Below are positions 12,052 to 23,706 of a stretch of 64,000 nucleotides of DNA, piece after piece; position 1 is the stretch's first letter, and each line of letters starts with the position of its first letter. A program made the position numbers and the translations under genes. The notes under the pieces were generated by a model. That model did no database searches. It had not been told where the DNA came from and was given only the letters and a program-made list of their open reading frames with translations. Origin of the DNA: Malacoraja senta (Eukaryota); the NCBI GenBank assembly GCA_038087875.1, contig CM075995.1, positions 1,552,001 through 1,616,000 of the forward strand. Reading direction: 5' to 3'.

Positions 12052-13940
12052 TTTATTTATTTATTTATTTTTTTAAATTATTTTTATTAGAAGTACGGTA
12101 AATTACAGTAATACACAACACTTATATCTTAATACATTCTTTATACCGCTTCATTTTTTTTTAGCTTTAAGAGAAAGATAGAAGTAAGAAAAGTAAAGAA
12201 AGTGCGCAAGAGTCGTGAAGTGCAAGAGAGTGTTGTGAAAAGAAAGCCCCTTAGAAAAGATGTTAGAGAAGGAAGTAAAGTAAGAAAGTAGATCCTAGAA
12301 AAGAAAGAAAAAGAAAGTAGGAACAATCGCAGAAAGGGAACCACCAACCAAGTCTGTTTTTATTGCTTTACCTCCCATTACCAGGTCCTGATACCATTTC
12401 TTTATTTATTTATTTTTAAAATTACTATTGCACCTCATGCTTGTAATAGGTCCAGAAACGTAGACCACGTCTTTTGGAATTGGTCTGCTTTACCTGCTAA
12501 GAGGAATCTCATCTCTTCGAGATGTAATGTTTCCAACATATTTGATGTCCACATTTTTATTGTTGGTGTGGGTGCATTTTTCCAGAATTTAAGTATGAGC
12601 TTTTTTCCCATTATTAGCCCGTAATTGAATAAGTTCTTCTGATACACGTTTAATTCAGGGATACCTTCCGATATTCCAAAAATGATCCATTCTGGTTTTG
12701 GTACCAGTTTTATTTTAATTAATTTTGAGAAAATATCAAATATTTCATACCAGAATTTTTGGATTTTTGTACAAAAAACAAAAGAATGCGCTATGGTAGC
12801 TTCTTGACATAGACATTTATCACAGATTGGTGAAACATTAGGAAAGATTTTATTTAATTTAGTTTTTGAATAATATAGTCTATGTAATGTTTTGAATTGG
12901 ATGAGCGTATGTCGTACGTTGATCGAACATTTATGCACCTGTAGTAAATGGTTATCCCAGCTCTCTTTTGAAATTTTTATAGCTAATTCTTGTTCCCAGT
13001 CTCTTCTAATTCCATCTGTTGTGGGTATTTCTATGTTTAAAATGATATTATATAAGTACGATATTAGATTAGCTGATTCCGCCTTTGTCTTCATTGCTTC
13101 ATCTAGTAAGTCGGAAGGCATATTATGATAGTCTTTTGTGTATTTTTTCAGGTAATCACGAATTTGTAGATATTTAAAATATTGATTATTTTTCAAATTA
13201 TATTTCAGTTGTAGTTGTTGAAATGATAGTAATTTTCCCAATTCATACAGATCTTCGAGCGTTTTGATTCCCATTCTTTCCCATTGTATAAATGATTTGT
13301 CTATGGTTGAAGGTTTAAACGATGGGTTATTAACTATTGGTATTGAGAGAGATAGGTTTCTTAATTTTAGATTCTGTTTTATTTGTTTCCATGTTCTAAT
13401 TGTGCTATTTATAATTGGGTTTTTATTATAATTTTTATTATTCAAATTTATTGGAGAGAGAATAATCGCTCCTATATTACTCGGGGAACAGTCCCCTTTT
13501 TCCATTACAATCCAGTCCGCCTGCTGGGCAGAATTGTCCAGCAGGTGAATCATATTTTTAATATTTACTGCCCATTTATAATACATAAAGTTAGGGAGCG
13601 CGAGACCCCCCAACTATTTTCGTTTGTTAAGGTGAGCTCTTTGTATTCTATGGGATTTATAATCCCATATAAAATTTGTAATGTCTGAGTCCAATTTTTT
13701 GAAAAACTTTTTTGGGAGATATATAGGTATTGATTGAAATAGGTATAGGATTTGTGGTAAGAAAATCATTTTTATAGCATTTATTCTGCCTATTAAGGAC
13801 ATCGGAAGTGTTTTCCAGAATTTAATCATATTATTTAATTTCTTAAGTAAGGGATTATAATTGGCTTTAAACATATCCTGGTAATTTCTAGTAATTTCAA
13901 TTCCCAAATATTTGAATTTTTCTGTAGCTATTTTAAAGGG
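12052..13940 (-). mobile_element. 5'-truncated L1-clade LINE inserted in a CR1
   Basis: 14-bp TSD cagatgtggtagtt (12038-12051, 13941-13954), A-rich tail, ORF2 motifs KYLGI, GRINAIKM, GGLALPNF, CDKC-H-C. Confidence 0.93.
12435..13907 (-). pseudogene. L1 ORF2 C-terminal part (one break near 13613)
   Basis: ORFs of 97 aa and 392 aa with L1 post-RT and CCHC motifs. Confidence 0.88.
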
Positions 13941-14842
13941 CAGATGTGGTAGTTGAGGCAGAGACTATCTCAACATTTAAAAGAAACAGTTGGACAGGTG
14001 CATGGATAGGACAGGTTTGGAGGGATATGGGCCAAACGCGGGCAGGTGGGACGAGTGTAGCTGGGACATAGTTGGCCGGTGTGGGCGAGTTGGGCCGAAG
14101 GGCCTGTTTCCACGTTGTATGATTCTATGTTCTCTATGTTCTCTTGCCATCTGTTTGGGACAGTTCCCACAGAAGAACCGTTCTTAGTATCAAAAGCCAA
14201 AAGCCAACATCTGTCACCTCGGTAATAATGTCTCTGCGACATTATGCAGATCAGAACTCCCTTCAGCCGTGACGAGATTGCCACCGTCTGAGGGAATCCC
14301 CGGCTGTTTGTACATCACACAGTTGTCGAACGCTGCAAAACAGCTGCTGGGGCTCTGATTAAATTGGAACAAGACCGTGTAAACAGATTCTGGAAGCGAG
14401 TGGGGAACCGGTAGTTGGACGATTAACGTCATCATCAATTCCGTGCTAAAGAGATGGGGCTGCAGAAGTCAACAATTCACCAAATCGTCCCCCTGGGCAA
14501 CTCCTTTACACAAATGGCATTAATCTACTGCTCAAAGTTTCGGAACCGATCTCCGCATCATTGTGCTGCCGTGAGTCGGAATTTCATTGTTATGGAGTCA
14601 TGGGTAGAGTCATAGAGTGATACAGCGTGGAAACAGGCCCTTCAGCCCAACTTGCCCACTCTGGCCAACACGTCCCAGCTACACTAGTCGCACCTGCCTG
14701 CGTTTGGCCCCTTCTCCCTCCAAACTTGTCCCATCCTTTTTCTATCTGGGACATATGACAATAAAACACTCGTGACACTTGACTCTTGACTGATGCATTC
14801 ACCCTGCCGTCACTTTTTGCTCAGTTTATTAACAAATATATG

Positions 14843-15125
14843 GGGCGGCATGGTGATGCAGCGGTAGAATTGCTGCCTGACAGCGCCAGAGACCCGGGTT
14901 CGATCCTGACTACGGGACCAGTCGGTATGGAGTTTGTACGTTCTCCCCGTGACCGTGTGGGTTTTCTCCGGGTGCCTTGGTTTTCCCCCACATTTCAAAG
15001 ACGTGCAGGTTTGCAGGTTAATTGGCTTCTGTAAACATAATCCCAGTGTGTAGGATAGAACTAGTATCCGGGGATCGCTGGTTGGCGTGGACTCGATGGG
15101 CCGAAAGGCCTCTTTCCATACTATC
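14843..15125 (+). mobile_element. HE1-like V-SINE
   Basis: A and B boxes, body, CR1-derived 3' end gggccgaaaggcctctttcc. Confidence 0.85.
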
Positions 15126-15309
15126 ATCATGATATTTTTCAGGCCGATTCTTGATTAGTAAGAGTGTCAGGGGTTATGGGGAGAAGGCAGGAGAATGGGG
15201 CTGAGAGGGAAAAATAGATCAGCCCTGATTGAATGGCGGAGTAGACATGTGTAAGGAGGAACTGCAGATGCTGATTTACACTGAAGATTGACACAAAAAG
15301 CTGGAGCAA

Positions 15310-15592
15310 TAAGGGGTAAGCCATTTAGAATGGAGAAGAGGAAAAAAATGTACACACTGAGAGTTGTGAGTCTGTGGAATTCTCTGCCTCAGAGGGTGGT
15401 GGAGGCCGGTTCTCTGGATGCTTTCAAGAGAGAGCTAGACGGAGCTCTTAAAGATAGCGGAGTCAGAGGATATGGGGAGAAGGCAGGAACGGGGTACTGA
15501 TTGGGGATGATCAGCCATGATCACATTGAATGGCGGTGCTGGCTCGAGGGGCTGAATGGCCTACTCCTGCGTCTATTGTCTATTGTCTATTG
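15310..15592 (+). mobile_element. CR1 3' end with (tctattg)n tail
   Basis: VVSLWNSLPQRVVEAGSLDAFKRELD followed by the tail. Confidence 0.85.
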
Positions 15593-16284
15593 TAACTCAG
15601 CGGGACAGGCAGCATCTCTGGAGAGATGGAATGGGTGACTTTTTGGGCGGAGTAAACTTGATGGGCCGAATGGTCTAATTCTGTTCCTATCACTTATGAA
15701 CCTATGAACTTATGAACAAGGAACTGCAGATGCTGGTTTAAAAAAAAAGACACAAGTACTAGAGTAACTGAGCAGGTCAGACAGCACCCCTGGAGAACAT
15801 TGATATCAATGTTCTTCACATATGCTGCCTGCCCCGCTGAGTTACTCCAATACTTTGTGTTTTTTGTTCTTCAATTTTAGTTTAGTGTATTGTAGAGACA
15901 CAGCATGGGAAATGGGCCTTTCAGTCCAACAAAACCATGGTGACCATTGACCATTCCATTCACACTAGTTCTATGTTATTCCACTTCCGCATCCACTCCC
16001 TACATATCAAGGGTTTTTTCACAGAGGCCAATTAACAGACAAGCCAGCACGTCTTTAGAGATCTGGGAGGAAACTGGAGCGCCCGGTGCAAACCAACGCA
16101 GTCACGGGGAGAACGTGCAAACTCCGTGCAGACAGCATCCGAGGTCAGGATCGAACCCGTGCTCTGGTACTGTGAGGCAGCAGCTCTACCAGCTGCGCCA
16201 CTAGGCCCCCCACTGCTGACTAGTATTTAATAGAATAATTGTGCGTGTGTTATCGTGGTCAGGATTTCTGTGATTAATATTTTT

Positions 16285-16580
16285 TACGGTGGCACGGTGA
16301 CGCAGCGGTAGTGCAGCCGCCTTACAGCGCCAGAGCCCCAGGGTTCGATCCTGACTACGGGTGCTGTCTGTACAGAGATTGTACATTCTCCCCGTGGCCA
16401 CATGGCTTTTCGCTGGATGCTCCGGTTTCCTCCCGCACTCCAAAGACGTACAGGTTTGTGGGTTCATTGGCTTCAGTAATATTGTAAATAGTCCCCAGTG
16501 TGTAGGATATGGGATGATCACTGGCCGGCGCGGACCCGGTGGGCCGAAGGGCACGTTCCCCCCATTTATCTCTAAAGTCT
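16285..16580 (+). mobile_element. HE1-like V-SINE
   Basis: A box, B box ggttcgatcc, body, ctaaa tail. Confidence 0.82.
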
Positions 16581-16654
16581 AAAGCCTAGTCCAGGGAAAT
16601 TAGCTGACAAAATAGCTATCAATCTCGGCAGCCTTCACGTAAGTAGGATCTTGA

Positions 16655-16945
16655 TACAGCCCGGAAACAGGCCCTTCGGCCCACCGGGCCCGCACTGACC
16701 AGCGATCCCCGCACATTATCCCACACCCACTAGGTGGCAATTTTTACATTTACCAAGCCAATTAACCTACAAACCTGTACGCCTTTGGAGTGTGGGAGGA
16801 AACCGAAGATCTCGGAGAAAACCCACGCAGGTCACGGGGAGAGCGTGCAAACTCCGTACAGACACGCAGCCGTAGTCGGGATCGAACCCGGGTCTCCGGC
16901 GCTGCATTCGCTGTAAGGCAGCAACTCTACCGCTGCGCCACCGTG
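16655..16945 (-). mobile_element. HE1-like V-SINE (subfamily with a gaatgcagc insert in the tRNA head)
   Basis: Reverse complement of the same family. Confidence 0.82.
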
Positions 16946-17239
16946 ACGGCCCAGAGTTATGGCACTAAATAATGCAGCTTACACAAGAGATAGTTGACAT
17001 CATTTTTTTTTTGCTGAGCCAACCATCGATTGTTGAAAGCTCCTTGAAGAGATTCTCACTCTTCACGAGAAACATCTTATCACAACAAGATTAGATAACA
17101 GCCACTTACTTTGATATCAAACGGTAGAACACGGAACATTGACCAGTACAACGCAGGAATAGATCCTTCATGTCTGCCTCGAACATGATGCCAAGTTAAA
17201 TTTATCCCTTCTGCCTGCACAAAATATCTATGTTCCTCC

Positions 17240-17935
17240 AAAATCACAATCACAATCACAATAATACTTTATTAGCCAAGTATGTTTTGCAACATACAAG
17301 GAATTTCATTTGCCAAGTCTGTCATACAAATAAAAAGCAACAGAACACACAAAACACATTTTGACATAAACATCCACCACAGTGACTCCTCCACATTCCT
17401 CACTGTGATGGAAGGCGATAAAAAAAAGTTCAATCCCTTCCCTTGTTTGTTCTCCCGTGGTTGGGGGCCTCGAGCAATCCGTTGACAGGACGATCTTGGC
17501 TCCTGTAGCCGGCGGTCGGGCCCTCCGCATCGGGGCGACCAGCTCCTGCATCGGGGGGATGTCAGCTCCCCAGCAAAAGGCGATCAAATCTGTCGGGGCT
17601 GGTCGAGCCTCTGCGTTCGTTGGAGCTCCCGACTAGCTTCTTCCGAGATGCAAGCTCGATGGTAAAGTCCACAGGCTGCAGGTTGGAGCGACCCCAGGCA
17701 AGGGATCGACTCCGATGTTAAGTCCACGCCCCGTGGGGGCGCTCAAGGTCAGTCTGAGGAGGCCTCCAGCTCCATCGATGGTAGGCCGCAGAGCGACCAG
17801 AGTCACGTCCGGAACGTAATCACATCTCTGGCAAGGTAAGAAACTGAAAAAAAAGCTCCCCCTCCCCCCTCCCCCTCCCCCCACATAAAACAAACTGGAG
17901 AACATTTACACAAACATTTAAAACACACTAAAAAT
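17240..17935 (-). mobile_element. GC-rich non-autonomous retroposon with Rex-type 3' tail
   Basis: (gattgt)n tail; shares cacagtga..cctcactgtgatggaagg with 22420-23028 and 37085-37245. Confidence 0.55.
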
Positions 17936-17962
17936 TATTCCTAATTCTACTATTATTCCTTA

Positions 17963-18567
17963 AAGGCCTGTCTCACGAGTCTGCGGTCATTGGCGGCGAA
18001 ACGGGAAGAATCTGCCGCAATAGACCGCGCACTCGTGAGAACGTACAATTCCGGGGCCGTGCGGCGGTGTTCCCAACACCGCACGGTGCTAAAATAAAAC
18101 CGACAATGTTGAAAACTATAATCTTACCGCACAAGGGATCGACTCCGATGTACGAGTGCGGCACGGCCGCCCGCACGGGCCGCCGCCAGTGTGGCTCGCG
18201 CGCCGTGCGTCAAACCTCCACTGCCACAACCTCTGCCAGTGAGCCACGTGCCTCCGCCAGTGAGGCACGTGTGCGGCACGGCCGCAGGCACAGCCACCGC
18301 TACAGCGCCGCGATCAGGATGGCCGCTGCCACAGCCGCCGCTAGTGAGTCACGTGCGGCGGGCCGACGTCATCGCAGTCGGCCCGCCCTTTTTTTTACTT
18401 ACCGCAAGCACGTGGGACCTGCCGTGTTTTAATTACTTGGCCCCCGCGCAGCATCCGTGCGGCGCTCCAGTGGATTGGCTCGGCGCTCTTGCCGTTGCCG
18501 TGCGGTCCCCGCTACCGGCGACGCCGCGCTTCACCGCCGATGACCGCAAACAGGTAAGACAGAGTCT
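17963..18567. mobile_element. PIF/Harbinger-like MITE
   Basis: Imperfect TIRs aaggcctgtctcac..tgcggtcattggcgg / ccgccgatgaccgca..gtaagacagagtct, TWA flanks. Confidence 0.65.
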
Positions 18568-18669
18568 TAAAGGCCTTATGACATCCAGAGATGCTGCCTG
18601 ACCCACTGAGTTACTCCAGCAATTGGTGTTTTTCTTCGGTGAAAACCAGCATCTGCAGTTCCTTCCTAC

Positions 18670-19085
18670 ACAATGAAATTCTTGCTTGCAGCAGTACAGC
18701 AGATACGTAAACAGAGTACTCTGTCAAATCCATAATAAACACTAAAAGAAAGGTTCAGTATATCTAATTTAAAAATTGGACAATAAATAGACAATATTAG
18801 TGCAAAAATAATGTCCCCAAGTCTACAGTACATAGTTCAGAGCCTTTTTGAAGGCTGTAGGGTTTACTGGCCTGATGGATGTAGAGAAGAAGCTGTTCCT
18901 GAACCTGGACGTTACAGTTTTCAGGCTCCTGTACCTTCTACCTGACGGCAGGAGTGAATGGTGGGGAGGTCAGTACCCGCGATGGACTGGGCAGTGTTCA
19001 CCACTTTTTGCAATCTTCTTCATTCCTGGGCATGCGAGTTGCCGAATCAGACCATGATGCAGCTAGTCAATGTGGTCTCTACTGG
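18670..19085 (-). mobile_element. Rex1/Babar 3' fragment
   Basis: [10 protein letters not shown] and [10 protein letters not shown] motifs on the minus strand. Confidence 0.75.
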
Positions 19086-19195
19086 TACTCACCCATTTCT
19101 ATGTAAAAGTCTTGCTCCATATGTCTTTTACATTTCCATCCTTGGAAAAACTTTTCTGAACGTCTACTCTATCCATGTCTCTCGTAAATTTACAT

Positions 19196-21575
19196 AGAAA
19201 CATAGAAAATAGACAATAGACAATAGACAATAGACAATTGGTGCAGGAGTAGGCCATTCGGCCCTTCGAACCAGCACCGCCATTCAATGTGATCATGGCT
19301 GATCATCCCCAATCAGTACCCCGTTCCTGCCTTCTCCCCATATCCCCTGACTCCATCCACTATCTTTAAGAGCCCTATCTAGCTCTCTCTTGAAAGCATC
19401 CAGAGAACCTGCCTCCGCCGCCCTCTGTGGCAGAGAATTCCACAGACTCACCACTCTCTGTGAGAAAAAGTGTTTCCTCGTCTCCATTCTAAATGGCTTA
19501 CTCCTTATTCTTAAACTGTGGCCCCTGGTTCTGGTCTCCCCCAACATCGGGAACATGTTTCCTGCCTCTAGCGTGTCCAAGCCCTTAACAATCTTATATG
19601 TTTCAATGACAAGCCCAGCTGCTCCATTCTCTCAGCATATGACAGTCCCGCCATCCCGGGAATTAACCTTGTAAACCTAGGCTGCACTCCCTCAATAGAA
19701 AGAATGTCCTTCCTCAAATTAGGGGACCAAAACTGCACACAATACAAGTCAAGTCAAGTGAGTTTATTGTCATGTGTCCCTGGTAGGACAATGAAATTCT
19801 TGCTTTGCTTCAGCACAACACAACATAGTAGGCATTGACTACAAGGCATTCTATAAATATATACACACATGAATCAATATACTGATAAAGTGCAAATAAC
19901 AGTATTGGCTAATAAAGTTCAGTGTTATGTCTGAGCCAGGTTTAATAGCCTGATGGCTGTGGGGAAGTAGCTGTTCCTGAACCTGGTCGTTGCAGTCTTC
20001 AGGCTCCTGTACCTTCTACCTGAAGGTAGTAGGGAGATGAGTGTGTGGCCAGGATGGTGTGGGTCCTTGATGATGCTGCCAGCCTTTTTGAGGCAGCGAC
20101 TGTGATAGATCCCCTCGATGGAAGGGAGATCAGAGCCGATGATGGACTGGGCAGTGTTTACTACTTTTTGTAGTCTTTTCCTCTCCAGGGCGCTCAAGTT
20201 GCCGAACCAAGCCACGATGCAACCGGTCAGCATGCTCTCTACTGTGCACCTGTAGAAGTTAGAGAGAGTTCTCCTTGACAAACCGACTCTCCGTAATCTT
20301 CTCAGGAAGTAGAGCCGCTGATGTGCTTTCTTAATAATGGCATCAGTGTTCTCGGACCAGGAAAGATCTTCAGAGATGTGCACGCCCAGGAATTTGAAGC
20401 TCTTGACCCTTTCAACCATCGACCCGTTGATATAAATGGGACTGTGGGTCCCCATCCTACTCCTTCCAAAGTCCACAATCAGTTCCTTGGTTTTGCTGGT
20501 GTTGAGGGCCAGGTTATTGTGCTGGCACCATATGGACAGTTGCTCGATCTCTCTTCTATACTCTGACTCATCCCCATCAGTGATACGTCCCACAACAGTG
20601 GTGTCATCAGCGAACTTGATGATGGAGTTTGCACTATGTCCGGCTATGCAGTCATGAGTATAGAGTGAGTACAGCAGGGGGCTGAGCACGCAGCCTTGAG
20701 GTGCTCCCGTGCTGATTGTTATCGAGTCTGACACATTTCCACCAATACGAACAGACTGTGGTCTGAGAGTGAGGAAGTCGAGGATCCAATTGCAGAGGGA
20801 TGCGCAGAGACCCAGTTCTGCGAGTTTGGTAACCAGCTTGGAGGGGATGATTGTATTAAATGCCGAGCTGTAATCGATGAACAACAGCCTGACATATGAG
20901 TTTCTGTTGTCCAAGTGGTCCAGAGCGGAGTGGAGGGCCAGCGAGATCGCATCCACCGTTGATCTGTTGTGGCGGTAAGCGAACTGCAGTGGGTCCAGGT
21001 TTTTGTCGAGGTAGGTGTGGTCTCACTAGGGCTCTGTACAACTGCAGAAGGACCTCTTTGCTCCTATATTTCATTCCTCTTGTTATAAAGGCCAACATGC
21101 CATTCGCATTCTTCACTGCCTGCTGCACCTGCATGCTTACTTTCATAGACTGATGTACAAAGACCCCCAGATCCCGTTGTAGTTCCCATTTCCCCCACTT
21201 GACGCCATTTAGATAGTAATCAGCCTTCCTGTTTTTGCTACCAAAGTGGATAATCTCACATTTATCCGCATTAAACTTCATCTGCCATGCATCTGCCCAC
21301 TCCCCCAACCTGTCCAAGTCACCATGCATTCTCATAGCATCCTCCTCACAGTTCACACTGCCACCCAGCTTTGTGTCATCTGCAAATTTGCTAATGTTAC
21401 TTTGAATCCCTTCATCCAAATCATTGATGTATATTGTAAATAGCTGCGGTCCCAGCAACCGAGCCTTGCGATACCCCACTAGTCACTGCCTGCCATTCTG
21501 AAAGGGACCCGTTAATCCCTACTCTTTGTTTCCTCTGCCAACCACTTCTCTATCCATGTCAGCACTCTACCCCCA
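19196..21575 (-). mobile_element. CR1 RT/3' fragment interrupted by a Rex1 element
   Basis: LGPQLFTIYINDL, FADDTK, ALVRPHL; resumes with YCVQFWSP after the Rex1 insert. Confidence 0.88.
19746..21012 (-). mobile_element. Rex1/Babar LINE, 5'-truncated, with an open 343-aa RT frame (19925-20956)
   Basis: [43 protein letters not shown]; (cttga)n tail. Confidence 0.92.
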
Positions 21576-21860
21576 ATGCAAAATAGGTGCAGGAGGAGAC
21601 CATTCGGCCCTTCTAGCCAGCACCACCATGCATTGCGATCATGGCTGATTGTCCCCAATCAATAACCCGTGCCTGCCTTCTCCCCATATCCCTTGATTCC
21701 ACTAGCCCATAGAGCTCTATCTAACTTTCTCTTAAATCCATCCAGTGATTTGGCCTCCACTGCCCTCTGTGGCAGGGAATTCCACAACTCTCTGGGTGAA
21801 AAAGTTTTTTCTCACCTCAGTCTTAAATGGCCTCCCCTTTATTCTAAGTTCTATCAAGTC

Positions 21861-22236
21861 TTTCAGGTCAGGTCGGGGGGAGTTCCCCCCGCCACGGGTA
21901 CCATTTAATCCCGTGCTACCTGCTCCATGGTCGGATAGTCGGCGACTAAACCGTCTCCCCCACCTGGTTTGCCAGGTGAGGAAGGGGCTGTGGACCCCCA
22001 GCAGGACCAAAAACAAGACCTGTCAAAGGGCAGATGGATGATTTTCTAGAGAGCCAACGGCCACCCACAATTCAGTAGAAGTTGCGATCACTGATAAAGC
22101 ACACACGCCAAAATCCTATACTTCCAACGGCGGAGGTCCGCAGGAACTGGAGGACGGAGGTGTGTGGTGCGCCCATCACCGTTCCCGTCGGAAACCAGCT
22201 CCACTGCGTCGCTAATGTTTTCAACGATGATGATGA
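21861..22236 (+). mobile_element. Non-coding, probably RTE-derived short retroposon
   Basis: Hairpin-rich body, (gat)n tail, approximate atcaag(g)tc duplication at the flanks within a CR1 host. Confidence 0.45.
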
Positions 22237-22419
22237 AATCAAGGTCCCCCGCTCAACCTCTAACGTTCCAGAGAAAAACATCCAAATTTGTCCAAACTCT
22301 CCTTATAGCTCATAGCCTCTGATTCAGGCAGACATCTGATGAACCTCTTCTGCGCATTCTCCAAAGCCTCTGCATCCTTCCTGTAATGGGGTCTTCTTCT
22401 TCTTCTTCTTCTTGTGTAT

Positions 22420-23028
22420 CAGAATAAGAATGCCGTTTATTGTCATTTAAACACAAGGTTCAAACGAAATTTCGTTCCTGCGGTCATAACAGCAAAAACC
22501 CAAAACACACACTTAACACAATTCCACACAAACATCCATCACAGTGAATCTCCAAACACCTCCTCACTGTGATGGAAGGGAAAAGTCTTATCTCTTCCCT
22601 GTTCTCTGTTCTTTATTTTTTTCCCGCAGTCCAGCAGTCAAACTGCTGCATCGAGCTGATCGATCGAGGCTCTTGATGTTTGATGTTAGAGCCCCCGGCG
22701 GGCGACGGTAAGTCCCGCGGCCGTTTAAGCCACGCCGGGCGATGTAAGGCCCTGCTCCGGTTCGATTTAAACCCCTCGGTTCGGGCGGGAGAAGTTGCCG
22801 TTGCGGGAGCTCTGAAAAGCGATCTCCCACCAGGGACCCGCGAGCTCCCGATGTTACCGTCCACAGGGCCTGCAGCCGGAGCCTCCGAAGCCTCCGAAGT
22901 TGGGTCGCAGCCGCGCGCCACCACAGCGCTCCGCGCTCCGGTCGGCCAGCTCCGCGATGGTGAGTCCGCAGGCTCTGCGACTGGAGCCCCAGGTCGATTC
23001 TGGTTGGAGGCCGCCGGCTCCACGATGT
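22420..23028 (-). mobile_element. GC-rich non-autonomous retroposon nested in the ribozyme-headed element
   Basis: 3' region shared with 17240-17935 and 37085-37245; tat at both junctions. Confidence 0.6.
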
Positions 23029-23098
23029 TATGGCGTGCACAGCCTAAAGTTGTAAGACAACTTGTTCTGTTTGATCTTCTGTTTGTGCACGCCAGGTT

Positions 23099-23152
23099 GA
23101 TTGCGTTCGTCGAAAGAGGGTGGACCACGTGAAGGTTGCAATCTCCCACCCC
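23099..23152 (-). ncRNA. Minimal HDV-like ribozyme fold (copy 1)
   Basis: P1 GGGGUGG/CCACCCU with G1-U wobble, P2 GAUUGC(A)/(C)GCAAUC, P3 ACC/GGU, L3 UUCACGU, J4/2 CGAA. Confidence 0.75.
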
Positions 23153-23706
23153 AACCTGTAATGGGGTGACCAGAACTGCACGCAATACTCCAAATATGCC
23201 AAGCAACAGTCCTATAAAACCGCAACGTGACTCCCTGACTCTTAAACTCAATTCCCCATTGATGAAGGCAAGCACGCAATGTGCCCCCTTTACCACCGCC
23301 TGCTTGTCTTGTCACTTTCAGGGACCTGTGGACATATTTCCCAAAATACCTTGGTATAGTAATGCAGTTAAGATTCTTGGCATGAAAAATGAATTTTACC
23401 TTTACATATTCGACCTCCAAAAGTGCAACACCTGACAGTGAGGGAAGGAGAGTTTGAGTCCAGTTTATTGTCAGGTGTACCGAGCTACAGTGAAAAGCTT
23501 TTGTTGCGTGCTAACCAGTCAGCGGAGAGACAACACATGATTACATTCGAGCCATTTACAGTGTAGAGATACGTGATGAAGGGAATGGCGTGAACAACAT
23601 CTAGTGCAAGCTACTATCTACCTCATTGAATACCCTCGGGCTATCTTTGTTAGGGCTTCACTAAATAAAGTCCAGTAAAGTATTATCAAAAGTAGTCTGA
23701 GGGTCT

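Larger units (their letters stand above)
22393..23154 (-). mobile_element. Short ribozyme-headed non-autonomous retroposon with Vingi-type tail, split by a nested insertion at 22420-23028
   Basis: 13-bp TSD cctgtaatggggt (22380-22392, 23155-23167), (GAA)7 tail, second copy at 38713-38839. Confidence 0.85.

Noticed and set aside
14214..14438. Possible host exon (74-aa minus-strand ORF in unique DNA)
   Set aside because: No recognisable protein, weak splice signals and no companion exons.
21915..21955. acc...ggt and ggcgactaa as a third HDV-like ribozyme
   Set aside because: I could not find consistent P1 and P2 partners.
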